The notes under the pieces: model-generated
Seen by the model: the letters and a program-made list of their open reading frames with translations, nothing else
Told to the model about the DNA's origin: nothing
Database searches by the model: none
Assembly: GCA_020632975.1 (NCBI GenBank)
Contig: JACKEL010000004.1
Location: 271,963-335,962 of the forward strand
From: Myxococcales bacterium
GTDB lineage: Bacteria; Myxococcota_C; UBA6777
DNA length: 64,000 nucleotides
Direction: 5' to 3'
Position numbers and translations under genes: made by a program
Shown here: positions 46,439 through 56,589 of the stretch, in pieces
Numbering within the stretch: the first letter of the stretch is position 1
Layout of the letters: each line of letters begins with the position of its first letter

Positions 46439-46558
46439 GGGCCCCGAACCTACCCTAGATATCCCTCCCACTTTCCTTTTTTATCTTCGTTTTCTGAAGA
46501 AAATATCCCCTGAAGTCAAGCTCTTCCTAGAATCGCACTTGTAAGAAAAAAGAGTGCG

Positions 46559-48400
46559 ATGCTAAGACAAAGTATCTTTCCTTCGAAGGTACAAAGATGT
46601 GTGACGAAGACGGGGGGAATCTTGAAGAAGCTCTTTTTCGTTGGATGGTGCGCGGTTTTTTCTGTTTTCGTGTTGCTCAAAGGATGTACTGAGCAACACA
46701 TCTTGCCGAACGAGACGTGTTCTGAAGCAAACTGTGGCGATGGTGGGACACAAAGCTCTATGCCACCGAGGATCGAGCCACCAGCGGAGTTTCCCAAACT
46801 AGGGGATGTGTGCTCGAAAGATACGGACTGTGGGACGGGTTTGATCTGTGTCTTGGAGAGTGAAGGGAACGGTCATTGTTTCCAAGATTGCTCACCCGCA
46901 CCGCTCGACTGTCAGAAAAACACGGATGGTCGGACGGTTTGTTTGCGCAATGAGAAAGAGCAGCGCTATTGCTTCCAGCCCAAGGCCAAAGACGGCCAAC
47001 GCTGTGGAGCGGGGATGCAAAACGACTGCGACAAAAACACAGAAGTCCCACTTTATTGCAACACCAAGACGTGGACGTGCGAAAAAGTCGCGCAATCCGA
47101 AAAAGAAGGGGACGCGTGTGATCTTGCCGAAGGGAAGGGATGTCTCGCTGGGTTGACCTGCGCGCCCAAAGACAAAAGTGGGAGAGGAGTTTGTTATCGT
47201 GTATGTGACGGTGATAACGGGGAGCTAGATTGCAAGGCGGCTGGATATGAAGGTTGTGCTCGTGACATCTCTTCTCCTACTCTGACGCTTTTTTGCTACC
47301 GCGATAATGTTGTGGAAGGTGGGGCTTGTGGGGTTTTTTCTCCTTTCCCATGCAACAGTGCCCTATCGCTGTATTGCGATAAAACCACAAAAACATGCAA
47401 AAAAGCCCCCCAAACAGGAAAGTTGGGGGATTCATGTTTTCCCGATGACCGCGCTCGACCGAGCGGATGCGAGGCAGGTTTGCTTTGTTTGGAAGGAAAG
47501 TGCGTCAAAAGCTGTAAAGATGATCCTGCCGTGTGCGCTGTGGGGGAACGGTGCGAGAAAGACACAAACGAGGCGTGGCGTTGCCTTCCTGCGAAAAAAG
47601 GGGAACCTTGCGAACCTGGGAAGACAAGGTGTGACTTTGGGTTGGCCTGCGATACAGACACCAAACGTTGTGAGTTGAGAAAAGCCTCTGAACCACCTGC
47701 TTTGGGGAAACCTTGCGGATCTGGACGGGTGCAAGGGGGATTTGTATGTGGTGGAGTTTTTGATTCTTTTAATGGAAGCGTCAAAGATCCTGTTTGGCTT
47801 CAAGACTGCGAAGACGATCCTGCCATTTGCTCGAAAAATACGGACGGGAGGACGGCATGTCTCCCCATCAGTGATACCAGAGGCGGCAGTCTCCTTCGAT
47901 ACTATGCGTGTTTTCGCCCGAATGCCAAAGAAGGAGAAGCTTGTGGTAACGTTGCGCAAGCTTTGTGTGAGGAGGATGATACGTCTCGACATCCCAAGCT
48001 TCTTTGTCACAAAGATGTATGCACGCGACCTACCATCCAGAAGAATGAAGGCGATCCATGTGATGGTCCTTTCTTGGATATACAAGAGTTTTTGAAGAAC
48101 GAAAGCATCCCGCGTCTTTGTGATCGCGATGCGGCTGTGCCTTTGGTTTGCGAGCCTAAGTCTCATACATGCGTCAAAGCTGGCTTGGTTGGGGAAGGTT
48201 TGCCTTGTTTGGCGGGGACAAGAAACCTCTGCGAAAAAGGGTTGCTTTGTTCTCAAGGGCCTTTCAGTCTTGTCGAAGCCGAAGGAGTCTGTCGAGCTGC
48301 GTGCAACCTGCGAAGCCCTCAATGTCCACAAGGAACATCTTGCAAGCGTTTGGGGCTCCTTCCACCCAAGATTCAAATAAGTCTCTGCACAAAAGATTAA
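46559..48400 (+). CDS. Secreted Cys-rich lipoprotein, paralog A (C-x-KNTDGRT-x-C family, uncharacterised)
   Basis: Lipobox-like VLLKGC. ~70 Cys. The recurring DC.KNTDGRT.C module appears three times. Collinear similarity to the next gene. Confidence 0.7.
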   Translation: MLRQSIFPSKVQRCVTKTGGILKKLFFVGWCAVFSVFVLLKGCTEQHILPNETCSEANCGDGGTQSSMPPRIEPPAEFPKLGDVCSKDTDCGTGLICVLESEGNGHCFQDCSPAPLDCQKNTDGRTVCLRNEKEQRYCFQPKAKDGQRCGAGMQNDCDKNTEVPLYCNTKTWTCEKVAQSEKEGDACDLAEGKGCLAGLTCAPKDKSGRGVCYRVCDGDNGELDCKAAGYEGCARDISSPTLTLFCYRDNVVEGGACGVFSPFPCNSALSLYCDKTTKTCKKAPQTGKLGDSCFPDDRARPSGCEAGLLCLEGKCVKSCKDDPAVCAVGERCEKDTNEAWRCLPAKKGEPCEPGKTRCDFGLACDTDTKRCELRKASEPPALGKPCGSGRVQGGFVCGGVFDSFNGSVKDPVWLQDCEDDPAICSKNTDGRTACLPISDTRGGSLLRYYACFRPNAKEGEACGNVAQALCEEDDTSRHPKLLCHKDVCTRPTIQKNEGDPCDGPFLDIQEFLKNESIPRLCDRDAAVPLVCEPKSHTCVKAGLVGEGLPCLAGTRNLCEKGLLCSQGPFSLVEAEGVCRAACNLRSPQCPQGTSCKRLGLLPPKIQISLCTKD

Positions 48401-48499
48401 GCAGAGGTGGGGGGTTTCAAGCCCGCTCGTCTCATTCGTGTTGGAAAGCTCGACGACGTACAGAAAAACGAAGCGAGAACTTTGGTTGGATGGGGTCTG

Positions 48500-50629
48500 A
48501 TGATGCACAAGTTGGGTCTGAAAAAGGGCGTATCGCTTGGATGGATGGTCCTTTTCGGTCTTTTTTTGTGGAGCACTTTGGGAGGTTGCGTGGAGGTGTC
48601 TATCTCCACACCACCTGATGGAAACTGCTTGCCCGATCGTACTTGTTTTTCTGAGCCAAAGGTGGAGAAAGCCTCCCCTGAAAAGCTCCTTGAAGAGAAG
48701 CTTTTGGAGGGAGAGGCAGACGCTTCTTCCAAAGAAGAGCCCCTGCAAGACTTCGTTTCAGAGCCTCTTGGGGCGGATGAAAGAACCCTAGAGCGACAGG
48801 AAGAGCTTGCTCTTGAAAAGGAGTCTTTTCGTGAGAAAAAGGCTGAAGAGCCCTCTCTCGAACCTCGCTTGGAGGAGACAATACCTGAAGAAAAGACCGT
48901 AGATGGGGCGCACGCAGAAGAAAAGTATCCTGAAGAGCGGGTCACGGAGCCCTCTTTCGAACCGTTACAAGATGGGGTTCCGTCGGATACCTCGGTGGAT
49001 GCGACGATTCCAGGCCCTCCTACGATCTCACCTACTCCAAGTTTGCCAAGGCTGGGGTTTGTTTGCGCGCAAGATGCGGACTGTGGAACGGGTTTGGTTT
49101 GTGTTGCTCATCAAGGCAGCCCATCAAGATGCCATCAAGACTGTCGGACTTCTCCTCTGGATTGCGCCAAAAATACGGATGGTCGGACGCTTTGCTTCTC
49201 CAATGACAAAGGCCAGCGTTATTGTACCAACATGCATGCCCAAGAAGGACAGCAGTGCGGGTTTGGTATGCAGGCTTCTTGTGAGCTTGCGGGGCGCGTT
49301 CCGCTTTTTTGTCATCCGCAGACATGGACCTGCGAAAAAGTCCAACAGACGGGCGGGATGGGAGAGGCTTGTGATATCGAAGCGGGCAAGGGATGTCTGC
49401 CGAAGCTGACGTGTACTTTTGATCGCACGCTGAAAAATCCACGTTGTCTTGCTTTGTGTCGTGCGGAGTATCCTGCGAAAGAGTGCCAAGCATTTGGTTT
49501 GGAGGACTGCGGAAGGCATCTAAGCGGATATCCCTTGCATTGTGGTGGCGAGGGAGCGGGAGAAGGCGAAGCATGCGGTGGGATCTCGCCCGTCTATTGT
49601 AAGAGTTGGCTGTCTTTGTATTGCGATGCGACCACGAAGACATGCAAAAAGGCTCCTGCGACCGCAAAAAGCGGCGAGGCTTGTACGCCTTCAGCGAGTG
49701 GAGTCGGATGTCTTGCGGGGCTCTTCTGCGTTGGAGGAAGATGCGTCGAAAACTGTCAAACGACGCCCTCTTTATGTGCGAAAGGAGAACGCTGCGAGGC
49801 CGATGCGAAGGGGCTTTGGGGATGTCGGTCTGCTTTGGCTGGAGAGGCTTGTGATCCGCAAAAGACGACGTGTGTAGGGGCCTTTGCTTGTGATGCGCAG
49901 AGCCAGACATGCGCTTTGCCTCCTGCTCCAACAGGAGCGGTGTTGGGAGGGGCATGTGCTTCTTCGCCTACGAAGCACGTTCAAGGGTTGGTCTGTTTGG
50001 ATGTCTACGACTCTTTTCGCGGAACAGCGGGGGGCGAGCGTTGGTTGCAGGATTGCAGCCAAGATCGAACCATCTGCTCTAAAAATACGGATGGTCGGAC
50101 GACATGTTATCCGCTGGCTCGCTACGCCACGGGATTTATTGAGCCGCGTTGGGCTTGCTTGCGGATAGACGCCAAAGAAGGAGAGGCGTGCGGAAGTGCA
50201 GCACAAGCCCGTTGTGAAGATACTTCTTCTTCTCGGCTGGCGGCCTTGCGTTGTGTTCAAGGGCTTTGTCAGCGCTTGAGCATCCAGACAAAAGAAGGAG
50301 ATCCTTGCGATGGTCCTTCGTTGGACAACAGCGCACAACGTCTCTGTGATCGCGATGCGATGGTTCCTTTGGTGTGCGATAACATCACAAAGTCCTGTGT
50401 CAAAGCAGATGTCGTGCAAAAAGGTGATGCTTGTTTGGGCGGAAGCAAGGCGGTTTGCGCTGTGGGTCTGATCTGTTTGCCTACGATATACGCATGGAGT
50501 TATGATGAGGCGGGAACTTGCCAAGTTGCGTGCGATCTTAAAAGCCCGCAGTGCCCGCAAGGATCGACATGCAAGTTGCCAAACTTGATCACGCTCAAGG
50601 TACATCAGAGTTATTGCTACGAGGATTAG
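48500..50629 (+). CDS. Secreted Cys-rich lipoprotein, paralog B, with an acidic Glu/Leu-rich N-terminal extension
   Basis: MMHKLG...LWSTLGGC lipobox. DCRTSPLDCAKNTDGRTLC...QRYC...QTWTCEKV aligns residue-for-residue with paralog A. Confidence 0.7.
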   Translation: MMHKLGLKKGVSLGWMVLFGLFLWSTLGGCVEVSISTPPDGNCLPDRTCFSEPKVEKASPEKLLEEKLLEGEADASSKEEPLQDFVSEPLGADERTLERQEELALEKESFREKKAEEPSLEPRLEETIPEEKTVDGAHAEEKYPEERVTEPSFEPLQDGVPSDTSVDATIPGPPTISPTPSLPRLGFVCAQDADCGTGLVCVAHQGSPSRCHQDCRTSPLDCAKNTDGRTLCFSNDKGQRYCTNMHAQEGQQCGFGMQASCELAGRVPLFCHPQTWTCEKVQQTGGMGEACDIEAGKGCLPKLTCTFDRTLKNPRCLALCRAEYPAKECQAFGLEDCGRHLSGYPLHCGGEGAGEGEACGGISPVYCKSWLSLYCDATTKTCKKAPATAKSGEACTPSASGVGCLAGLFCVGGRCVENCQTTPSLCAKGERCEADAKGLWGCRSALAGEACDPQKTTCVGAFACDAQSQTCALPPAPTGAVLGGACASSPTKHVQGLVCLDVYDSFRGTAGGERWLQDCSQDRTICSKNTDGRTTCYPLARYATGFIEPRWACLRIDAKEGEACGSAAQARCEDTSSSRLAALRCVQGLCQRLSIQTKEGDPCDGPSLDNSAQRLCDRDAMVPLVCDNITKSCVKADVVQKGDACLGGSKAVCAVGLICLPTIYAWSYDEAGTCQVACDLKSPQCPQGSTCKLPNLITLKVHQSYCYED

Positions 50630-50758
50630 GGCTTTTCCCAAAGGGGAGACTTCTTCGCGATCAGCTGGGCGATTGTAGAGTTTTCGCCATGATTTAGAGG
50701 GGGGGAGGTCAAGTTTCTGGGTTGGAGATCTTTTCGTGGGAAAGGTCGTCGAGCTTGC

Positions 50759-51781
50759 TTAGGTGGTGGGGCGCGCTGGGAGATGTTTTTGGAGGAAGCG
50801 CAGCCAGTTGCCGCGGACGAATCCGTCGATCTCTTCGTCGTTCCATCCGCGTTGTGCGAGTCTGTCACAGATCTTTGTAAAGTCTTTGGGTTCTTGGATG
50901 CCGGTAGGAAGGGTATTTGCGCCATAGCCACCATCAAGGTCGCTGCCGAGTCCGATGGTGTCGCGGCGTCCCATGTACTCACAAAGGATCTCGATCTGGG
51001 CGACGGCATCGTCGATTTGGGTGCGTTTTTTTAGTCCATGGCTGTGCAAAAACGGACTGAGCAAGTTGAGTCCGATCATCCCATCACGTTGACCGATGGC
51101 GCGAATCAGATCATCTGGAAGGTGACGTTGGTCTTGGCTTTGGAGCGACGAACGACTGCTCGAATGACTCGCAATGATCGGGCCTTGGCTGATCTCCAAA
51201 AGCTGCCAAGCGGCTTCATCACAAAGATGGGAGAGGTCGTGGATCATGCCGTATTGATCGAGGGCATGGACAAGCTCGCGTCCTTCTTGGCTGAGAGGGC
51301 GTGGGCGGGCATTGCCACCTGCATAGCGTGTTCCTTGGTTCCAAGCCATGCCAACGAGACGTAAGCCTTTTTCGTACCACCATCCGACCTCTTCAGGTGA
51401 ACGGATGGGATCGGCGCCTTCCATCGACAAAAGGACTTGTGTGCGCGAGCCTGTCGGTCGTTCGAGGTCTTCGCGGTAATAGATGCGGTCGATCACGCGG
51501 GTTTGTTCCCAAAGCTCGTACATCGTGAGTTGGCGGACGCCTGCTTTGTGTGCGCCTTCGACAGCGTCGTTGCTTGGGTATCCACAAGGACCTGAAAAGT
51601 TTGGTGCTGTAAAGATCGTCCCGATACATTGGGTGATACCGCCGTCTTGCATACTGGGAAAGGTCAAAGAGGCGGGCTGTGGGGGTCCTTGGGCTTCTTG
51701 GGGAGAGACCAGCATGTCGCGTCCCATCAGGGCGAGACATGCGAGGTCAAGGTGTCCATCAAACCAATCTTTTTTCTGCAT
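50759..51781 (-). CDS. Membrane dipeptidase (peptidase family M19)
   Basis: DGHLDLA at the N-terminus (DGHNDLP-like). HSSSR...GLGSDLDGG metal-ligand motifs. Start set at the internal MQKKDWFDGH Met. Confidence 0.8.
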   Translation of the reverse strand: MQKKDWFDGHLDLACLALMGRDMLVSPQEAQGPPQPASLTFPSMQDGGITQCIGTIFTAPNFSGPCGYPSNDAVEGAHKAGVRQLTMYELWEQTRVIDRIYYREDLERPTGSRTQVLLSMEGADPIRSPEEVGWWYEKGLRLVGMAWNQGTRYAGGNARPRPLSQEGRELVHALDQYGMIHDLSHLCDEAAWQLLEISQGPIIASHSSSRSSLQSQDQRHLPDDLIRAIGQRDGMIGLNLLSPFLHSHGLKKRTQIDDAVAQIEILCEYMGRRDTIGLGSDLDGGYGANTLPTGIQEPKDFTKICDRLAQRGWNDEEIDGFVRGNWLRFLQKHLPARPTT

Positions 51782-51953
51782 AACGATCCTTTGCCTTGGT
51801 GGGAGGCATCGTGGGGTGGTGTAGAGGTCTTTCTTTGATGTTGGGGGTGGGTGGCTCTTTGCGCAAGGTGTCGGTTGTTGTATGGTCTTTGGGGTATGCA
51901 CGCATCTTGGGTGTGTCAACGTCACATAGCACGTCTTGTAAGTGAAAAAGAAG

Positions 51954-52565
51954 ATGTATGACAACACAAAGTCTTTGATTCATTTTTGTTTTTCGTATGG
52001 CGCGTCTTTTCGTGTCTTTTCCTTGTTGCTTTTGGCGGCGTTCGCTTTTGTGGAAGTAGGGTGTTGGTCTTGGGCGCAAGACAAAGAAGACGATGCTCGT
52101 ACGCTTCTTCGGATCTCAAAGAGCGCTTCAGCCAAGCAAGGATTTGAAAACGTTGCTGATCCTGAGATCTTGCGGGGAGGGCCGATTGTTCGGGCAGAGT
52201 TGCCCGTACAAGCGGGTTATTGTTACCGCGCGGGGGTGGCTTGGTCCTCTTCGTTTCCTGTGTACGCTTCCATACATTTTTTGAAAAATTCGCTGGGGCA
52301 GCGGACAAACGACTATCGCTATCGCATCCGACGTTCCTTGCTTTATGGCACAGACGCCGTGTTGTTTTGCGTGGACAAAACGGGCTATGTGCGTTTGAGC
52401 CTCGCAACGATGAATCGTTCCCAAAGTGCTTTGTTGAATATCCGAACGATGTACGCGTTTTCTGTGACACGTCGCAAGGAGCTTTCCACAGAGCGGTTGT
52501 TGCGGCGCCATCGTGCTTGGGTCCGTCAACAAAAAGCCAAAGAGCGCCGTGAATCGAAGAAATAG
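51954..52565 (+). CDS. Hypothetical secreted protein
   Basis: Signal peptide FRVFSLLLLAAFAFVEVGC. Basic C-terminus. No motif recognised. Confidence 0.45.
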   Translation: MYDNTKSLIHFCFSYGASFRVFSLLLLAAFAFVEVGCWSWAQDKEDDARTLLRISKSASAKQGFENVADPEILRGGPIVRAELPVQAGYCYRAGVAWSSSFPVYASIHFLKNSLGQRTNDYRYRIRRSLLYGTDAVLFCVDKTGYVRLSLATMNRSQSALLNIRTMYAFSVTRRKELSTERLLRRHRAWVRQQKAKERRESKK

Positions 52566-52574
52566 GAGAGCATC

Positions 52575-53591
52575 ATGGGAAAGAGAGAACATGCTCTCTG
52601 TCAAGCAAAAGCAAACCATGCTTCTGCGCAAACTTGTGCGGGGTGCCAAGGCGTGTGTGAGGCTTGTGGGGATGGTTGTTCTTCCAAGCCTTCAGCCTCT
52701 GCTTCGCGTACAGCAAAACTTCAGATCCTTTGGGCTTTTTTGGTCTTGATCTTGTTGATGTTGTCTCTTGTGAGTTGTCGTTTTTTCATCCCTGTCGATG
52801 AGTTAGACGCAAACAAGCGTATGGAGCTTTTTCCGCCACAGATCCTACAAGAGCCCGCTGCCGTTCAAGGGAAAGACAGCTACTCTTTTGTGTACTTTGC
52901 GGATATCCAAGTCGATGAGCGCCTGATCGCCGAACGACGGGCCCCAGCGATCGCGGTCCTTGGGGATTATCTGAAAAAGAACCCTGTAGACTTTATGATC
53001 TCAGGGGGCGACAACACACAAAGCGGAACATCCGAAGAGTACGCGTTTGTTGATCAAGAGATGAAAAAGCTCGGACTACCGATCTTTTGGTGTGTGGGGA
53101 ACCACGACTTTTTTGGGGATGGCTGGCAGCTTTGGCGCGATTATTACGGAACGACGGTGCGCGTGATCAAGCTACCTCACACAAGCATCTATATCCTCGA
53201 CAATGGCGCGGGTACATTCGGGGAAAAGCAACGTTTGTGGTTTGAAGAACAGCTCAAGCAAGACACCGCCAAACATCGCATGGCGGTGATGCACTTCCCG
53301 ATCTACGGGGATGTTGACTATATCTTGGAGAGTCATGCTTTTTCACGCGAAGATCAGACCTTTGCGTCATTGTTTGAGCGCTACAATGTGCGTCATATCC
53401 TGATGGGACATAGCCACCTATACAGAAGTGTTTTGGTCAACGGGATTCGCTACATCACAGCCTCTGCTTTGAAGGAAAATAGCCCGAGTAAGATGATCTT
53501 GCGCGTCGATGTGGACGCCAACGATGTCAAAACGACGGTGGTTCCTATCGAAGTGGACGGATACTTGAGTTGGAAAGTGGCAACGCCTTGA
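52575..53591 (+). CDS. Calcineurin-like metallophosphoesterase with N-terminal Cys-cluster, single TM/lipobox segment and extracytoplasmic catalytic domain
   Basis: GDNTQSG...GNHDFF and GHSHLY metallophosphoesterase motifs. N-terminal C-x11-CAGC-x3-CEAC-x3-C, then LVLILLMLSLVSC. Confidence 0.75.
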   Translation: MGKREHALCQAKANHASAQTCAGCQGVCEACGDGCSSKPSASASRTAKLQILWAFLVLILLMLSLVSCRFFIPVDELDANKRMELFPPQILQEPAAVQGKDSYSFVYFADIQVDERLIAERRAPAIAVLGDYLKKNPVDFMISGGDNTQSGTSEEYAFVDQEMKKLGLPIFWCVGNHDFFGDGWQLWRDYYGTTVRVIKLPHTSIYILDNGAGTFGEKQRLWFEEQLKQDTAKHRMAVMHFPIYGDVDYILESHAFSREDQTFASLFERYNVRHILMGHSHLYRSVLVNGIRYITASALKENSPSKMILRVDVDANDVKTTVVPIEVDGYLSWKVATP

Positions 53592-53608
53592 GTTGGGGGA
53601 AGCGGGAT

Positions 53609-54706
53609 ATGAAACGATGGTGCCTTGTGGGCTTGGTGTGGATGGTTTGTGGGTGGTTTGGCCCTTCTTTGGGCTTTGCGGAAACCCCCAAAGGTGCGAC
53701 ATCACAGCCACGCCCCAATGTTACGAAGCTCAAAGAAGCCCTACAAAAAAAAGCGACGAATCCGCCCACAAATCCGAGCCCTTTGATGAAGGTGCGTACA
53801 GAACCCGACAAAGGCGCTCCAAGCCCAGTGATGGATGATCCCAATCGTTCGGATGCAGATCGCCTATCGATTGCCTTTTTTGATTTTATTTGGCCGCGTA
53901 AAGGCGCGATCGCTCGGTGGGAACTGCAACTAGGCGCACAACTTTCGCAAGCTTTTCATGACGCTTATTCTCCATTAAATCTACCTTTTTCTTTGGGGTT
54001 GCGCCTTACTGCATACGATGCGATCAAGCGCTTTCGTTGGCGGCCTTTTATGCTGTTTTTGGCCTTTGAAGAAAATGGTCGTGCAGATCGCTATGACACC
54101 GTAAACTACGCGTACAACGTCTTTGATGTGGACGTTGCTGTGCACATCCATCCGTTGATTCACTTTTATTATGACCTGAGCATCTTGCGCAGTGGCTCTG
54201 AGATGCATGTCTCGGATGCTGGTTTGAGCGTCAGGATGGGGGTTCGCATCCCTTTTTGGTTCAAGGATCGACGGCCTTTCCAGTACGATCAAAACCACTT
54301 GCATCTGGTGTTGTTGCCCGTAAGTGCGTCTTTGTTGGGGAGCCTCAACCGAGATAACCTCAAAGGCTTCAACAACCTGCAACCATCGCTCAATGGACAT
54401 GCAGGGCTTGAGTTTTATATGACGCCCTTGCCTTGGTTGGGCATCCACGCCCAAGCCTATGCGCACCTCAACTTTAATCTCGAACAAAGCTTGTTGTTGC
54501 GGGGACGTGCAGGGGTGAACTTTTCGATTGGTCGCTTTGTGTCCGTGAGCCTTGCGATGTTGGGGCAGTGGTATCCCAAACCGCCGCCTATCCGCACAAA
54601 TCTATACACCCTTTACTTTTTGCAGTTTCCTTCTGTGTCTGGGGAGCTACTCATTGATATCCGCTTTTCAGAGTGGCTAAAAAACAATGCAGAAGGGGCG
54701 CACTGA
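53609..54706 (+). CDS. Hypothetical secreted protein, possible outer-membrane beta-barrel, paralog 1
   Basis: Signal peptide MKRWCLVGLVWMVCGWFGPSLGFA. Pro/Lys-rich linker. Alternating beta pattern with aromatic-rich C-terminus. Confidence 0.55.
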   Translation: MKRWCLVGLVWMVCGWFGPSLGFAETPKGATSQPRPNVTKLKEALQKKATNPPTNPSPLMKVRTEPDKGAPSPVMDDPNRSDADRLSIAFFDFIWPRKGAIARWELQLGAQLSQAFHDAYSPLNLPFSLGLRLTAYDAIKRFRWRPFMLFLAFEENGRADRYDTVNYAYNVFDVDVAVHIHPLIHFYYDLSILRSGSEMHVSDAGLSVRMGVRIPFWFKDRRPFQYDQNHLHLVLLPVSASLLGSLNRDNLKGFNNLQPSLNGHAGLEFYMTPLPWLGIHAQAYAHLNFNLEQSLLLRGRAGVNFSIGRFVSVSLAMLGQWYPKPPPIRTNLYTLYFLQFPSVSGELLIDIRFSEWLKNNAEGAH

Positions 54707-55761
54707 TGCGAATGATGAGGATGCCCTTGTTTTCTCTCTTGGATCTCTTCGGATGGGGCATAAGGATCAGCCGTTTGGGTTGGGTGTTTTGTGTCTGTTT
54801 GTTGTGTCTTTTGGTGGGGGGTGGGGCTTTTGCAGAAACGGCGACCCCACAGCCGAACCCTTCGACGAAAGTGACCCCACAGCCGAACCCTTCGACAAAA
54901 ACAGCCCCTGCGCCTCGTAGAAAAGCGGCCAAAGAAAAACAAGATGTCTCTTCCCAAAAAAGAGTAGAGAAAAAGTCTGATAAAAGAAAAGCGTCTTCTA
55001 AAAAGGTCGACCGTGCGATGGTTTTGGTGCCTTCGATGAAGACGTTGGCGTTGAAGCCAAAAAAGAAGAAAAAGAAAAAAAGATTTCGTCATGAGTTTGA
55101 GGGGCGCATCCACATCATCTCCGAACATACGGGCCTTGATAGTGGATTTGCCCCTGAGTTTCAGTATCGTTTTCGCATGGATCGATGGTTGGATTTACGC
55201 GCGGGGATTCGCGTGGCGCCACCGGGGTTTGGAGATGCTTTGCGATATTATCTCAGTGGTTTTGTGCATGTCCCGTTGCCCTTGGTTCGCGATGGTGCGC
55301 TTGGGGTGATGGTGATGCACAACAGCTATGGCGATATCCAAAAAGGCGAAAATACATTTTTTTTCTTGCACCACTTTGATATGCGCTACTTTGCCTTTGA
55401 TGGCGGACTGGTCTTGCGTTCTGAGCTTGTGCATCCAAGCACATTTCGCAATCCCTTCCTTTTTTCGACCGAATATCTCGAAGTTTTCTATGTTTACGAT
55501 ATGCGCGTCAAGATCGACTTTACCTTCCCAAAGCTTGGGGGGAGTGTCTTGCAGATCGGCGCGGGCTTGATGAACTTCCTCGACAATGATGTGCAAGGCC
55601 CCGCGACAGGGGGATATCGGTTCTTTGCATCGTGGGATCAGCCGAATGTCGGTCGATTTGAAGTGATGGGTGGTTTGATGAGCTATGGTTTTTGGGCTTT
55701 TGCGGGGTATTACGGACGTTGGTTTTTGCGCTTCTCTTATACCTATACACTCGATATCTGA
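54706..55761 (+). CDS. Hypothetical secreted protein, possible outer-membrane beta-barrel, paralog 2
   Basis: ATG overlaps the upstream stop (TGATG). Signal peptide ending GGGAFA. Duplicated TPQPNPSTK. KKKKKKK tract. C-terminal YTYTLDI. Confidence 0.55.
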   Translation: MRMMRMPLFSLLDLFGWGIRISRLGWVFCVCLLCLLVGGGAFAETATPQPNPSTKVTPQPNPSTKTAPAPRRKAAKEKQDVSSQKRVEKKSDKRKASSKKVDRAMVLVPSMKTLALKPKKKKKKKRFRHEFEGRIHIISEHTGLDSGFAPEFQYRFRMDRWLDLRAGIRVAPPGFGDALRYYLSGFVHVPLPLVRDGALGVMVMHNSYGDIQKGENTFFFLHHFDMRYFAFDGGLVLRSELVHPSTFRNPFLFSTEYLEVFYVYDMRVKIDFTFPKLGGSVLQIGAGLMNFLDNDVQGPATGGYRFFASWDQPNVGRFEVMGGLMSYGFWAFAGYYGRWFLRFSYTYTLDI

Positions 55762-55778
55762 TCCTCTAAGAGGGCATC

Positions 55779-56552
55779 TCAGGAAAGATCAAGCTCGATA
55801 CCAAGGGGACAATGATCTGAGCCTTCGACATCAGACCAGATAAAAGCATCGCGGAGATGAGGCTGTAGAGCGGGTTTGACCAACACATAATCGATCCGCC
55901 ACCCGATGTTGCGGGCACGAGCGCCTTGTCGTTGGCTCCACCATGTATAATGCCCCGAACCATCGTGCTTTTGACGAAAGGTGTCGATCCAACCTCCCTC
56001 AAGCCAACGTTGAAACTCTTCGCGTTCTTCTGGGAGGAATCCGCTGGTTTCTTGGTTTTCTTTGGGCCGTGCGAGATCGATCTCTTGATGAGCTGTGTTG
56101 AAGTCTCCCATCACGACGAGTTTTTTGTGGGTCTTTTCGATATCTTTGAGTTTGCGATAGAGCGCTTGGTAAAACCCCAACTTATAGGGCACACGGCTGT
56201 TATCGCGGTCTCGGCCACTCCCGTTGGGAAAGTACACATTGGCCACCACAAGATCGCCAAAGTAAGCGATCTGCAAACGCCCTTCATCGTCCCATGCTTC
56301 GCCTAGTGAGGTCTCGATATGATCGGGTGGACGGCGACTGTAGATCGCGACGCCACTGTAGCCTTTGCGTTCTGCGGGCACAAAGTGAGTAAACCAACCT
56401 TCTGGCTGGCGCGTTTGCTGCGAAAGTTGCGAGGGAAGAGCGCGCACTTCTTGAAGGCCAAGGATGTCCGCTCCACATGTCTCAAGCCAAGCATCGAAAC
56501 CTTTGCGAACGCACGCACGCAAACCATTTACATTCCATGAAAGTAACCGCAA
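55779..56552 (-). CDS. xth: Exodeoxyribonuclease III (AP endonuclease Xth)
   Basis: LLSWNVNGLRA, ADILGLQEVRA, GYSGVAIYSR, and C-terminal SDHCP motifs. Start reassigned to an in-frame TTG preceded by GGAGAA, giving the canonical MRLLSWNVNG N-terminus. The ORF-track ATG at 56630 would add 26 aa. Confidence 0.8.
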   Translation of the reverse strand: MRLLSWNVNGLRACVRKGFDAWLETCGADILGLQEVRALPSQLSQQTRQPEGWFTHFVPAERKGYSGVAIYSRRPPDHIETSLGEAWDDEGRLQIAYFGDLVVANVYFPNGSGRDRDNSRVPYKLGFYQALYRKLKDIEKTHKKLVVMGDFNTAHQEIDLARPKENQETSGFLPEEREEFQRWLEGGWIDTFRQKHDGSGHYTWWSQRQGARARNIGWRIDYVLVKPALQPHLRDAFIWSDVEGSDHCPLGIELDLS

Positions 56553-56589
56553 TCTGTGTTCTCCATCTCTAACAACTGAGGAAAGATGT

